A stretch of DNA of 64,000 nt from Gemmata sp. Lineage in GTDB: Bacteria; Planctomycetota; Planctomycetia; Gemmatales; Gemmataceae. The position numbers and the translations under genes are program-made. Where the stretch lies: contig JBGSLF010000195.1 in the NCBI GenBank assembly GCA_041740855.1, positions 11,384 through 75,383 of the forward strand, written 5' to 3'. The notes beneath the pieces were generated by a model, which made no database searches, was not told the origin of the DNA, and worked only from the letters and a program-made list of their open reading frames with translations. Within the stretch, counting starts at the first letter, position 1; each line of letters begins with the position of its first letter. Below are positions 9,534 to 20,800 of the stretch, piece by piece.

Positions 9534-12440
9534 ATGGCACGCTCCATCGAGAATCGAATGGCTTCACAAAAGATCCCGTATCCTCCTCCACCTGCAGATA
9601 TCCCCGAGGGATTAACGGATTATGCGGACTCATTTGTTAAGCAGCAAAGCCTGTTGCTGGCCGGGCTGTTCGTGTTCCTGATCTTCTACATCTTCATGGT
9701 CGTTCTGTTCGGGATGCTCGCACTCTGGTGCATGCTCACATTTTCGAGCGCAACCGTATTGAAGATCATTGGGTTGGTGCTAAGTCTCACGTTCTTCCTG
9801 TTCCTCGTGAAGGGTTTCTTCAAGAACCCTGGGGCCAGCAAGGATATGCACGTGGAGATTACCGAAGATGAACAACCCCTACTGTTCAGCTTCATTAATC
9901 AACTCTGCGACGAAATCGATGCCCCATTACCCAATCGGGTTTATCTTGCACCAGACGTGAACGCGGCGTGCATGTCGCGCACTTCATTGGTGAATCTGTT
10001 CGTGGAACCCAAGCGCGACTTGCTCATTGGCTTGGGTCTGGTGAATTGCATGAACCTGAGCGAATTCAAGGCGGTGCTCGCGCACGAGTTTGGCCACTTC
10101 TGCCACCTTGGCAAAACGAGCAGTTACGCCGTGGTGGTGAAGCGGATCATCTTTGATCTGGTCGAAGGGGAAGACTGGTTCGATCGACTGATTATCTGGT
10201 GCAAGCGGCAAGAAAGCGCGGTGGGGGCGTTCGGATACGCAATCGGCGGTTGCCTGTGGGTGGGGCGGAAAGTGCTCTGGTGGATGCTCAAAACGATTGC
10301 CCTGCAAGATCGGGTGGTGTCGCGCGAGCAGGAATTCCACGCCGATCGCGTTGCGGTGAGCGCCGCCGGCAGCGATGCGGCCACGCATGGCTTGCTGCGT
10401 GCCCGCTTCGGCTTCCAGTGTTTCATGCAAGCCATCGATGATCTGGCCACGGCACTCGATCACAAGCTCTACACCAACAATTTGTACTTGCACCAAGATC
10501 GAGCCGCTGCGGTGGTGCGACGCAAGAAGAAAGACTACACACTGGGCCTGCCGCCCGAACTTCCCACGCTCAATTCCGGGGCCAAGATCAAGGTCTTCGA
10601 TGCCGAGCAGGATGAAATCGAAGACCAGGACGATACCCCGCCGATGTGGCGAACGCATCCGGCCGATGCGGATCGCGAAGAGAACGCCAAGGATCCGTTC
10701 GTCGCCGCTTCGCAGGACCACCGCTCACCGTGGATTCTCTTTTCGGATGTTCCCGAACTGAAAGAGCGATTGACGTACAAGTTCTACCGCGTACAGCTTC
10801 GCATCTCGAAAAGCACCGAACTGACCGAAGCGCAGAAGGTCCAAGAATACATCGATAACGAACACGCCGAAACCACCTACGACCCCAAGTATTACGGAGC
10901 CTACGACGACCGCCCGATCGAACCCGGCGACTTGAGCGAACTGAACACCGCGATCGAAGATTCGCCGTGGGATGAAGAGCGGATGGAAAAGGTATACGAC
11001 AAGCTCTTTGATGGGTGCAAAGCGCATGCGGAAGCCCATGCGGAACTCCACAAGGAGATGTACGCGCTGGAAGAACGCGTGGTGGGGAAACCATCGAGCA
11101 AATTAAAGAAACAGATCGAGGCGCAACAGGAAAAGCTGGATGAAAACTGGGAGTGGTTCAAGGCGTTCGACCGCCGCGTGTACTTGCTTCACATACAGAT
11201 GGCCGCAGAAGTGGATCCGCAACTGAAGCAGGAACTCATCGAGCGGTATCGCTTTCAGCTTGAAGTGCAGCGGCTCTATAAAGAATCCCGTTTCAACTAC
11301 AACAAAGCCAATGCCTACCTGAACGCGCTGTTTAATGCCGATCCCAATAACCCGCCCCCGCCAGACTTCGGGGCGGAGGTGATCTCGGTCTTGCGAAAGG
11401 CGTGGAAGTCGCTCAAGACGATGATTCAGGATGCACGCGAGATTAACCTGCCCGCAATGAAGAACTTCGCCGAGGGAGATCGCCTCGCCGACTTCATTCT
11501 CGAAGGGAAGTTGGTGCCGGAGCCTCCGCTCTCGGGCGTGAAGGGTGTCTGGATCGATAAGCTCATGACGCAGCTCAATCGCGTGCGGAACCGCTGCTTC
11601 CGGCTTCACTTCAAGAGCGTCGGTGGCATCCTCGCGCTGCAAGAGAAGATCGCCGCGGCGTGGGTCGCAGCACGTGTGCCCGTTGCGTCCGAAGTGGCCG
11701 ACTTCGTGGCGGAATCCGACGATGTGCTCGCGGCCGAAATCGTCGATGCCGAACCGGCGCGGATCTACACTTCTCTGGATGAAGTGCGAGTGGAATCGCT
11801 CACACGCGGGCCAAATGGCAAGCCATACCCACTCGACGATGGCGAAGCGGTCTTTGAGATTGTCGATGGCGAAGTGGTTGCGGAACCGGCCGGGTTGATG
11901 GATGGCCCGATGTCGCTGGACGATATCCGGGTGGAATCGGTCGGCTCGCCGGGGGTGTTCACGGCGGCACCCATGGCCGCGTTCAAAGCGCATCCCACCG
12001 CACCACGCACCGCAACGCCTGCACCGCCCGTTGCACCGCCGGCCGCCCGACCTGTGGCACCGCCCGTTGCACCACAAGTCGCGCGACCGGTGGAACAGCC
12101 CAATCCGTTCGCTTTCGGCTCTTCGGCACCACAGGAACCAGCCGAAGTGGTCTTTAGTCTCGTTGCGGATCCGATTGCAATGCCTGCGGCAGAGCCGATT
12201 GAAGAAGTCTTCAGCCTGGATGCGAGCGAACCGGTGCCAGTCATGCCGCCGGCACCTGCGGCACCGGTTGTTGCACCGGTCGCAAGCGTTGCGGCTCCGA
12301 TCGCACCATTGGAAACCATTACCGTGCCGCCGGTGCTCAATGGCATGAAACGAGTCGTGGAGAAGCCGGCAGAAGGTCGCCGACCGGCTCTGAAGATCAC
12401 GTTCGTGCTACCCGGCGAAAAGGCACCATTCGAGAAGTGA
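9534..12440 (+). CDS. membrane-anchored M48-like zinc metallopeptidase with long helical region and Pro/Ala-rich C-terminal tail, 968 aa
   Basis: Two N-terminal TM helices and HEFGH at 10083-10097. Roughly 450 aa of charged helical sequence, then a PVAPPAARPVAPPVAPQVARPV-type tail. Confidence 0.8.
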   Translation: MARSIENRMASQKIPYPPPPADIPEGLTDYADSFVKQQSLLLAGLFVFLIFYIFMVVLFGMLALWCMLTFSSATVLKIIGLVLSLTFFLFLVKGFFKNPGASKDMHVEITEDEQPLLFSFINQLCDEIDAPLPNRVYLAPDVNAACMSRTSLVNLFVEPKRDLLIGLGLVNCMNLSEFKAVLAHEFGHFCHLGKTSSYAVVVKRIIFDLVEGEDWFDRLIIWCKRQESAVGAFGYAIGGCLWVGRKVLWWMLKTIALQDRVVSREQEFHADRVAVSAAGSDAATHGLLRARFGFQCFMQAIDDLATALDHKLYTNNLYLHQDRAAAVVRRKKKDYTLGLPPELPTLNSGAKIKVFDAEQDEIEDQDDTPPMWRTHPADADREENAKDPFVAASQDHRSPWILFSDVPELKERLTYKFYRVQLRISKSTELTEAQKVQEYIDNEHAETTYDPKYYGAYDDRPIEPGDLSELNTAIEDSPWDEERMEKVYDKLFDGCKAHAEAHAELHKEMYALEERVVGKPSSKLKKQIEAQQEKLDENWEWFKAFDRRVYLLHIQMAAEVDPQLKQELIERYRFQLEVQRLYKESRFNYNKANAYLNALFNADPNNPPPPDFGAEVISVLRKAWKSLKTMIQDAREINLPAMKNFAEGDRLADFILEGKLVPEPPLSGVKGVWIDKLMTQLNRVRNRCFRLHFKSVGGILALQEKIAAAWVAARVPVASEVADFVAESDDVLAAEIVDAEPARIYTSLDEVRVESLTRGPNGKPYPLDDGEAVFEIVDGEVVAEPAGLMDGPMSLDDIRVESVGSPGVFTAAPMAAFKAHPTAPRTATPAPPVAPPAARPVAPPVAPQVARPVEQPNPFAFGSSAPQEPAEVVFSLVADPIAMPAAEPIEEVFSLDASEPVPVMPPAPAAPVVAPVASVAAPIAPLETITVPPVLNGMKRVVEKPAEGRRPALKITFVLPGEKAPFEK

Positions 12441-12459
12441 AAGCTCGAAAGTGCGGCAA

Positions 12460-13710
12460 TTACTGTGCGGTGAACACCACGCGTTCACCGTACTTGTGCC
12501 GCAACTCCGCCCGCGACTGACCGCCGAAGTCGCCACCGCTCAGCACGAGTGCGGCCAGATCGCGTGGCACCTCGGCATCGAGCAAGTATCGCACACCCAT
12601 GAGCGAAACCGGATTATCCCGCAGATCCAATTCCACGAGATTGGGCCAGAACTTCGCGCGGGTAATTCGCCGCAAACCTTTATCGCCAATGCGGCACCCG
12701 TGCAAATCCAGCGACCGCAACCCCGCCAGCGGCCAGGAAGCCGACAACACCCGTGCGGCACGTGGTGAAAGCGGATTGCGGCTCAGATCGAGGCGACGCA
12801 GGCTTCGAAGATTCTCGGAGCGAGTGAGCGCTTCCAAGCCATCGGCATGGCCGCCGGCTTGAGCCATTCGCAAGGTGTGCAGGGATGCGGGCAACGCGCC
12901 GGCCAGCACACGCAGCCCCTCGTTGCCGAACGGTTCATCCGAGAAACTCAATTCGCTTAACCCCGCCATCGTGGGGCCATCACTCAACCGGCGGATGAGG
13001 TCCGAAGTCATTCCCATTACGGAGAACGAAAGCCGCTCCAGTGTGGGGCGAGTGTGCAGCGCATCGATCAAGTCTTCAAGCGATTCATACCCCACATGGA
13101 AATGCAGACCGCGAACGACCGAGCCAAGCGGAGATTGCAGCAAATCTTCGATCACAACCGGCATACCCGCCCCGCCGGATCGCTCGAAATACAGATCCGT
13201 GAGGCCAAGCGCTTCGGGGCGATCACGCAGCACCCGCAACGGCTCGATCGGGCTGTTCACGAAGTGGAGTTTCTGCAACTGTCGAATCACCGGCGACTGC
13301 GCGAATCGAATCCAATCGTCCAGTGTGGCATTCCACAGACGCATTTCGCCAATGGGTGCAAGGCTTAATACTTCGGGTGCCGCATCCGGCCATAACCCCA
13401 CCGATCGCACATTCAGCCGCCAACCCAGACCGCGCCGGAACGCCTCGTCGTGCCACTCCAGATGAAACCCATCGAGTGGCGGAAGCGTGTCGCGGAACGA
13501 TTTGCCCGTCATCCGCTCCGGATACCGCCAACGACACGCAACGGCAAATGGCTCCCATTCAAGCGTGCGTGCCAGCGCGATCTGCTCGCGAACGAATGCG
13601 GCCCGCTCGGGTTGATCGTGCTCTTCGAGCCAATCCGCAAACGCGAGCCGCAGCGTATCCTCGCCCGGATCGGCACAGATGGCGGCCAGAAGTGCGTCGT
13701 AGTCCGACAT
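12460..13710 (-). CDS. TIGR02996-type N-terminal domain protein with leucine-rich repeats
   Basis: N-terminus MSDYDALLAAICADPGEDTLRLAFADWLEEHDQPERAAFVREQI is typical of the Planctomycete TIGR02996 domain. The C-terminal half has LRR units (LRSLDLHGCRIGDKGL, LVELDLRDNPVSL). Confidence 0.8.
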   Translation of the reverse strand: MSDYDALLAAICADPGEDTLRLAFADWLEEHDQPERAAFVREQIALARTLEWEPFAVACRWRYPERMTGKSFRDTLPPLDGFHLEWHDEAFRRGLGWRLNVRSVGLWPDAAPEVLSLAPIGEMRLWNATLDDWIRFAQSPVIRQLQKLHFVNSPIEPLRVLRDRPEALGLTDLYFERSGGAGMPVVIEDLLQSPLGSVVRGLHFHVGYESLEDLIDALHTRPTLERLSFSVMGMTSDLIRRLSDGPTMAGLSELSFSDEPFGNEGLRVLAGALPASLHTLRMAQAGGHADGLEALTRSENLRSLRRLDLSRNPLSPRAARVLSASWPLAGLRSLDLHGCRIGDKGLRRITRAKFWPNLVELDLRDNPVSLMGVRYLLDAEVPRDLAALVLSGGDFGGQSRAELRHKYGERVVFTAQ

Positions 13711-13737
13711 GGAGTTGGTTTATGGTGTCGAGCGAAT

Positions 13738-13766
13738 CTGACTCACTTCGTGGGATTCGCTACAAT
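13738..13766 (+). promoter_or_regulatory. candidate sigma70-type promoter of the LysR gene
   Basis: CTGACT, 17-nt spacer, TACAAT, about 40 nt upstream of the ATG at 13808. A dyad ATCG-N11-CGAT (13773-13791) lies between the promoter and the start. Confidence 0.3.
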
Positions 13767-13807
13767 GGCGTTATCGATTCGAATTCGCGATATTATCGGG
13801 CTTGCTT

Positions 13808-14683
13808 ATGGAACTGCATCAGCTTCGCTACTTCGTTGCCGTTGCAGAAACGGGCAGTTTCACGCGTGCGGCCGAGCGAGAAGGCGTTACGCAGCCCACG
13901 CTCAGTGAACAGATTCTACGACTGGAGGGCAAGCCGCATGGCGTCGGTCGCCGGCTGTTCGATCGCCTTGGTAGAAAGGTGTTGCTGACCGAAGCGGGGC
14001 AAATGCTTCTGGGCCACGCACAGGTGATTCTTGCGGCGGTGCGCGAAGCCGAACGGGCGGTCATGGATTCAGCGGAAGGCGGGCGATTGCGTGTGGGTGC
14101 CATTCCCACGGTGGCACCGTTCTTGCTTCCGCGGGCTATTGCTCGCTTTCGCAAAGAGCACCCCACCGTGCAACTCCGGCTCGACGAAGATTTAACCGAT
14201 CGCCTTTTGGCCGGGCTGCATTCCGGCGAGATCGATGTCGCGCTCATGGCGCTTCCCATTCGGGACGAACGATTGCATGTCGAAAAGCTCTTCAGCGAGC
14301 CACTCGTGATCGCAATGCCCCCGCGACACCGCCTGGTAGCGAAGTCAGAAGTGCGATTGAGCGACGTGGCCGACGAACCGTTTATTCTGCTCGATGATAT
14401 CCACTGTTTCGGCGATCATGTGCTTAGCTTCTGTCGCCGGGGCGGGTTGGAACCGCGCGTGGTTTGTCGCGGGGAGCAGATCGTGACTCTTCTGGCGATG
14501 GTGGCGACAGGCGCGGGCGTTTCGGTCGTTCCCGAGATGGCCGCGGTAGCGGACACCGCGAAAAGTTGCGTGTATCGGCCACTCGGCAAGCCATCGCCCA
14601 CGCGAACACTTTGCGCCGTCTGGCATAAACAGCGATTCCGCCCCGCTTCGCTCCGCGCGTTCGTTGATGTGGTAAAAGGTTAA
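13808..14683 (+). CDS. LysR family transcriptional regulator
   Basis: MELHQLRYFVAVAETGSFTRAAEREGVTQPTLSEQI is the canonical LysR wHTH, followed by a substrate-binding domain of about 200 aa. Confidence 0.9.
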   Translation: MELHQLRYFVAVAETGSFTRAAEREGVTQPTLSEQILRLEGKPHGVGRRLFDRLGRKVLLTEAGQMLLGHAQVILAAVREAERAVMDSAEGGRLRVGAIPTVAPFLLPRAIARFRKEHPTVQLRLDEDLTDRLLAGLHSGEIDVALMALPIRDERLHVEKLFSEPLVIAMPPRHRLVAKSEVRLSDVADEPFILLDDIHCFGDHVLSFCRRGGLEPRVVCRGEQIVTLLAMVATGAGVSVVPEMAAVADTAKSCVYRPLGKPSPTRTLCAVWHKQRFRPASLRAFVDVVKG

Positions 14684-14819
14684 CTCGCAACGATTTGGCA
14701 TCGATACTTCAACGCGCAACAGCGGTGAAAAGCAATCCGCAATAGCTGCTATCTCGTCTAAACCCACAGAAGCCGCGGCTTCCAACCGTACACGCTCTGT
14801 TCCCTTACTGGATGGCTTT

Positions 14820-17800
14820 ATGACTTTGCAAAAGCGTCTCATCGCTTTCGGCGTCTCAACGGTGTGCATCGCTGTTGGAGTAACGCTCATGGCTCGGGCC
14901 TTTACGAACGCTCAGTTGCCACGCGATGAACGGTGGAAAAAGGTTGCGGAAGCCAACGCCAAGGGGTTGCCTCGCACGGCGATTACGGAACTGGAACCGA
15001 TCATTGAAGGTGCCATCAAGGACAAGGACTATCCCGAGGCGATCAAGGCCATCGCCACGAAGATAAATCTGCAAGGGAACATTGAAGGGAACAAGCCGGA
15101 AGAGAAGATCATCCGGATGCGCGAAGCCATCGCAGCGGCACCGCCCGAAATGCACGCGGTGTTGAACGCGATCCACGCCCACTGGTACTGGCACTACTTC
15201 CAACAGAATCGCTGGCGGTTCATGCAACGCACGCAAACCGGGCAATCGCCGGGCGAAGATATCCAAACCTGGGATCTTCCCCGCATCTTCGCCGAGATTG
15301 GCAAAACCTTCGAAGCCGCACTCGCCAACGAGAAAGAACTGAAAGCCACGCCGATTGGCACATACAGCATTCTGCTGGAGAAGGGCACCATCCCTGACAA
15401 GTTCCGCCCCACGCTCTTCGATTTCCTGGCGTTCGAAGCACTGAGCTTTTACTCGTCCGCCGAGCAAGCCGGTGCGCGACCGCAAGACTCATTCGATCTG
15501 AAAGCGGATTCGCCCATCTTCGATAGCGTCGAGAAGTTCCTTGCGTGGACGCCGCAAACGACGGACCAAGGGAACCGCACGATCAAGGCCATCAAACTGT
15601 TTCAGCAGTTGCTTGCGTTTCACAAGGGCGATGCGGAATCGGCCGCGTTCCTCGATGCCGATCTGCACCGCCTGCGGTTCGGGTGGAATAAAGCGGTGGG
15701 TGAGGACAAGAACGCCCGCTACAAGGCCGCACTCGAAGCCTTCGCCAAGGCGAACCGTGATCACGAACTGTTCGCGATGGCACAGTATCAGTTAGCTGGC
15801 GTGTTGCAGGCGGAAGGCGAGTTGGTGAAAGCGCGAGAGACCGCACTCAGTGCCCTGAACGCGTTCCCGGAAAGCCCCGGCGGCAAACTCGCGTTCAATC
15901 TCATTCAGCAGATCGAATCGAAGTCCGCGAGCATCACCACGGAACGGGTGTGGAATGATCCGCTGCCGGATATCCGCGTCTCATACCAGAACATCACGAA
16001 GGTCTACTTCCGCGTCATCAAGTCGGATTATCTTGATCGCCTCAAGACCGCACAGTGGCGGCCCGAGCAGTTGAACGAGAACGAAGCCAAGATGCTCTTG
16101 CGGCAAGACCCGACGCAATCGTTCGAACACGATCTGCCCGCGACCACCGACTTCAAAAATCGCACCGAAAGCATTCCCGCACCCAAGGGCCTGAAGCCCG
16201 GCTTCTACTACATCTTGGCGGGGCACGATGAACAGTTCTCCGACACCACGCCAGTGAGCTATACCGAAATCTTCGTATCCGATCTGGCGATTGTGGAACG
16301 GCGAGATCATTCCAGTGGCGTTGCCGCCGGGCAAGTGATGCTGGCGAGCGCGGGCACGCCGATCGAGGGCGCACAGGTGCAAACCTGGATTCGCCAGAAC
16401 AACGGCGGGTGGGCCACGGGTGGCATCGGGCAAACGGACAAGAGCGGCCTCTATCGCATTGCGGTGCCCATGAATCGCGCGCACATGGCGGTGGTCACCC
16501 ACAACGATCAACTTCTCGCAACTGCCAACGATTCGTATTCCGGCGGCCGTCGCGGGGAACCGCAGGCCCATGAGCAAGTGGTGTTCTTCACTGATCGATC
16601 GCTGTATCGGCCGGGGCAAACAATTCAATTCAAGGGAATCCTGATTCGCGTGGATCAGGCAGCAGATAACTACGCCGTGGTGCCCAACCGTGCGATCACG
16701 GTGCAGTTCAACGATGTGAACGGCAAAGTAATCGGCAAAGTCGAGGCGACGAGCAACGATTACGGTTCCATTTCCGGCAGCTTCATCGCCCCGCGCGACC
16801 AGCTCATGGGTCGCATGCACATCAATGCGATGGGGCTTAACGGTGCCGCTTCGTTCAACATCGAAGAGTACAAACGCCCGAAGTTCCGCGTTGAGGTGGA
16901 AGCACCGAAAGACGCCTTCGCACTCAACGATACAGTGAAGGTGCCGGGCAAGGCGATGCAATACAACGGCGTGCCCGTGGGCGGTGCCAAGGTTGCTTTC
17001 CGCGTCACACGCGAGGTGCGATACCCGGACTGGTTCTTTGAGTATTGCTGGTGGCGACCAATCCCGCGTGGCCCCGCACAGGAGATCGCCAGTGGCATCG
17101 TGATGACGGAAGTCGATGGCTCTTTCGCCATTCCGTTCGTGGCTCGCCCCGATCTCTCGGTCAACCCCAAGGATGAACCTGCGTTCCGCTATTCCATCAC
17201 GGCGGATGTCACCGATACCACGGGCGAAACGCGCACCGGCACGCGATCCGTGCAAGTGGGCTACGTCGCCTTGCGTGCCACCGTGACCGCAGATGCGTGG
17301 TTAATCGTTGCGAACGATGTGAAGTTTGACATCAGCACCACGACGCTCGATGGCGAAGGCCAAGCCGCAAAGGGCACGCTGAAGGTGTTCGCACTGAAGC
17401 AGCCGGCGAAGCCCGCACGCCCCGAAGTGCAGGGGCAAGTCTGGTGGCCGCGCCTGAAAGAAGACGAAGTGCCGAAGCCCGACCCCGCCAAGCCGATTAG
17501 CTGGGAACTCGGCGAAGAAGTCTTCGGCACGGACTTCGCCAGCAACGAGAAAGGCCAGACGAATGCCAGCACCAAACTCCCTGCGGGCATCTATCGAGCC
17601 GTTCTGGAAACCACCGACAAGTTCGGCAAGAAGGTCACGACCCGGCACCAGTTCACCGTGCTCGATCCCGCCGCGAATGCGTTCAACGTGAAAGTTCCCA
17701 ATCATGTTGCCGCACCGAAATGGTCGGTCGAACCGGGCGAGGAATTCGTGCTGTTCTGGGGCAGTGGCTACGACACCGCCCAGGCGTTCATCGAGGTCGA

Positions 17801-20800
17801 ACACAAGGGCCAGATTCTCAAAGCATGGTGGACCGAACCGGGCAAGACGCAGCACATCGTGAAGCAACAAGTGACCGAAGCCATGCGAGGTGGCTTCACG
17901 GTTCGCGTGACACAGGTGCGCGAGAATCGGGCATATCTCACCAGTCGGCAGGTCGAAGTGCCATGGTCGAACAAAGAACTCTCGGTGAAGTGGGAGCGGT
18001 TCGTCTCGAAGCTCGAACCCGGTCAGAAAGAAACCTACACCGCGATTGTCAGCGGGCCGAAGGCCGAGCGGGCCATCGCGGAGATGGTGGCCGGCATGTA
18101 CGATCTGTCGCTCGATGCGTTCCTGCCGCACCAGTGGATGGAGCGGTTCAGCGTGTTTCGCCACGATCACACGTGGATTAACTTATCCTTCGAGAATGTC
18201 CCCAGGCACTTCAACCACTTCAAGGGGCAGTGGCCTCACACGCACAAGCCGGTGGATTTGACCTATCGCGGTTTCCCCGGCGATCTCACCACCAACTACA
18301 TCCGCTACGAGTACTTCGGCAAGGGCGGCGGATATACGTTCGGCAACCAACACTGGGGATTGGAACGTGGAGCGATGTTCGATGGCGTCGCTATGCCTGA
18401 TGCCCGACATGGTGGCTTGGCCAACGGAATGCTGGCAAAGGGTGAGGCCCAAGGTGCGGATGGCGCACCCGCTGCACCACCGGCAGATGCTGCCGCTCCC
18501 GGCGAAGGAGGAGGAGCAGGCGCTCCGCCTGCAACGAATCCCGGGCCAGACCTGGGCAGCATTAGCCCACGCAAGAACCTGAACGAAACCGCGTTCTTCT
18601 TCCCCAATCTGGTGTCCAACGCGGAGGGCGAAGTTCGCATCGAGTTCACCGTGCCCGAAGCACTCACGAAGTGGAAATTCATGGCGTTCGCCCACGATCA
18701 GAACCTGCGCAGCGGGTTCCTGCGTGATGAAGTGATCACGGCCAAAGACCTGATGGCCCAGCCCAACCCGCCGCGATTCCTACGCGAGGGCGATGTGATT
18801 GAGTTCACCGCCAAGGTGAGCAATCAGGGCAAAGCTGGCCAGAAAGGTTCGGTGAAACTCGCACTCGCGGACACTCGCACGCAGAAATCGCTCGACACCG
18901 AGTTGAGCAATACCTCGGCCACGCAAGAATTCGATCTGCCAGCCGGCGAAAGCAAGACCTTCTCGTGGCGGTTAACGGTGCCAGACGGCACGGGGCCAAT
19001 CACTTATAAGGTCGTGGCTGCCAGTGAACGGAACTCCGATGGCGAGGAAGGGATTCTTCCGGTGCTGTCGCGGTATGTGCTGGTGCAAGAATCGTTGCCG
19101 CTGCCGATCCGCAACCCGGGCAGCCGCAACTTCGAGTTCACTCGCCTGCGTGAAAGTGCGCAGAGCGAAACCATTCGCCACAAGAGTTTCACCATTCAGA
19201 TGGTGTCGCAACCCGCGTGGTATGCCGTGCTGGCATTGCCCTATCTGATGGAGTTCCCACACGAGTGCAGCGAGCAGACTTTCAACCGGCTGTATGCCAA
19301 CGCCCTCGCACACCACATCGCCAGCAGCGATCCCAAGATTCGCAAAGTGTTCGATCAGTGGAAAGGAACCGATGCTCTGGATAGCCCGCTCGTGAAGAAC
19401 CAGGATCTCAAGAGCGTGCTGATCGAGGAAACGCCGTGGGTGCGGCAAGCTGTGCGTGAAAGCGAAGCACGGCGAAACGTCGGCATTCTGTTCGACGAGA
19501 ACCGCTTGCAGTTTGAAACCACGATGCTGACGCAGAAACTCGCGCAGATGCAGAATCCGGATGGGAGCTGGCCGTGGTTCCCCGGCGGCAACGGCAACGA
19601 TTTCATCACGCTCTACATCACCACCGGATATGGCCGCCTACGCCAACTCGGCGTGAAGATCGATACGGCCGCAGCGGTGCGATCGCTCAACCGGCTCGAT
19701 GATTGGGCCGATCGGCAATACCAGTGGGCGATGAAGAACAAGCCCGACGAGAACCACCTCAATCCATCGATCGCGCTTTATCTGTATTGCCGCAGCTTCT
19801 TCCTCGCGGATAAGGCCGTGGACAACATTCATCGCGAGGCGATCGAGTACTGGCTCGGCCAATCGCGCAAGCACTGGTTGCAACTGGCCAATCGGCAATC
19901 GCAGGCCCACCTCGCGGTTGCCCTCAAACGATTTGGTGACAAGGAAACCCCGACCGGCATTATGAAGTCCATCAAGGAACGCTCTAAGACCGACGCGGAA
20001 CTTGGCATGTACTGGCGCGATCTGGAACTCTCGTATTCCTGGTTCCGCGCACCCATCGAAACCCAGGCGATGATGATCGAGGCGTTCGATGAAGTGATGA
20101 ACGATGTGCAATCGGTGGAAGATTGCAAGGTTTGGTTGTTGAAGATGAAGCAGACGACCAACTGGAAAACCACGAAGTCCACGGCGGATGCGGTCTATGC
20201 GTTGTTGCTGCGTGGCGACAACCTATTGAAATCCGATGCGCTGGTCGAAGTCACTGTTGGGAACCAGTTGATTCAGCCCGAGAAGATCGAAGCGGGCACC
20301 GGGTTCTACGAAAGGCGTTTCCTGGGTGCGGAAGTGCAACCGGCGCTGGCGGCGATCACGGTCAAGAAGACCGATCCCGGCGTGAGTTGGGGCAGCGCGC
20401 ACTGGAGCTATCTGGAAGACATCTCCAAGGTGTCTCGCCACGAAGGCACGCCGCTGCAACTGGAGAAGCGGCTCTTCAAACGAACCAACGCCAAGGCGGG
20501 GCCGGTGATTAACCCTGTCGCCGAAGGCGAAGTGCTCGCAGTGGGCGATGAACTGGTGGTGCGCATCGTGCTACGCACCGACCGTGACATGGAGTTCATC
20601 CACCTGCGTGATCAACGCGGTAGCGGAACGGAACCGGTGAATGTGCTTTCGCGATACAAGTGGCAAGATGGGCTTGGTTATTATGAAAGCACCCGCGACA
20701 CCGCGAGCCACTTCTTCATCGATTACTTGCCCAAAGGCGTGTATGTGTTCGAATACCCGGTGCGGGTGCAGCACCGCGGCAAGTATCCAACGGGTTACGC

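Noticed and set aside
13773-13791. Possible LysR box (ATCG-N11-CGAT) upstream of the LysR gene
   Set aside because: The spacing gives T-N15-A rather than the canonical T-N11-A. The segment is mainly overlapping 6-bp palindromes (ATCGAT, TTCGAA, GAATTC, TCGCGA). It is noted only as part of the promoter feature.
15981-17255. 424-aa ORF antisense to the A2M gene. Similar long antisense or off-frame ORFs occur at 5287-6333, 11103-12077, 17301-18170, 28823-30025, 43308-44138, 44599-45990 and 58146-59432.
   Set aside because: All lie inside genes with clear family motifs on the other strand or frame. They are rich in Arg, Gly, His and Ala and lack motifs and start-site signals.
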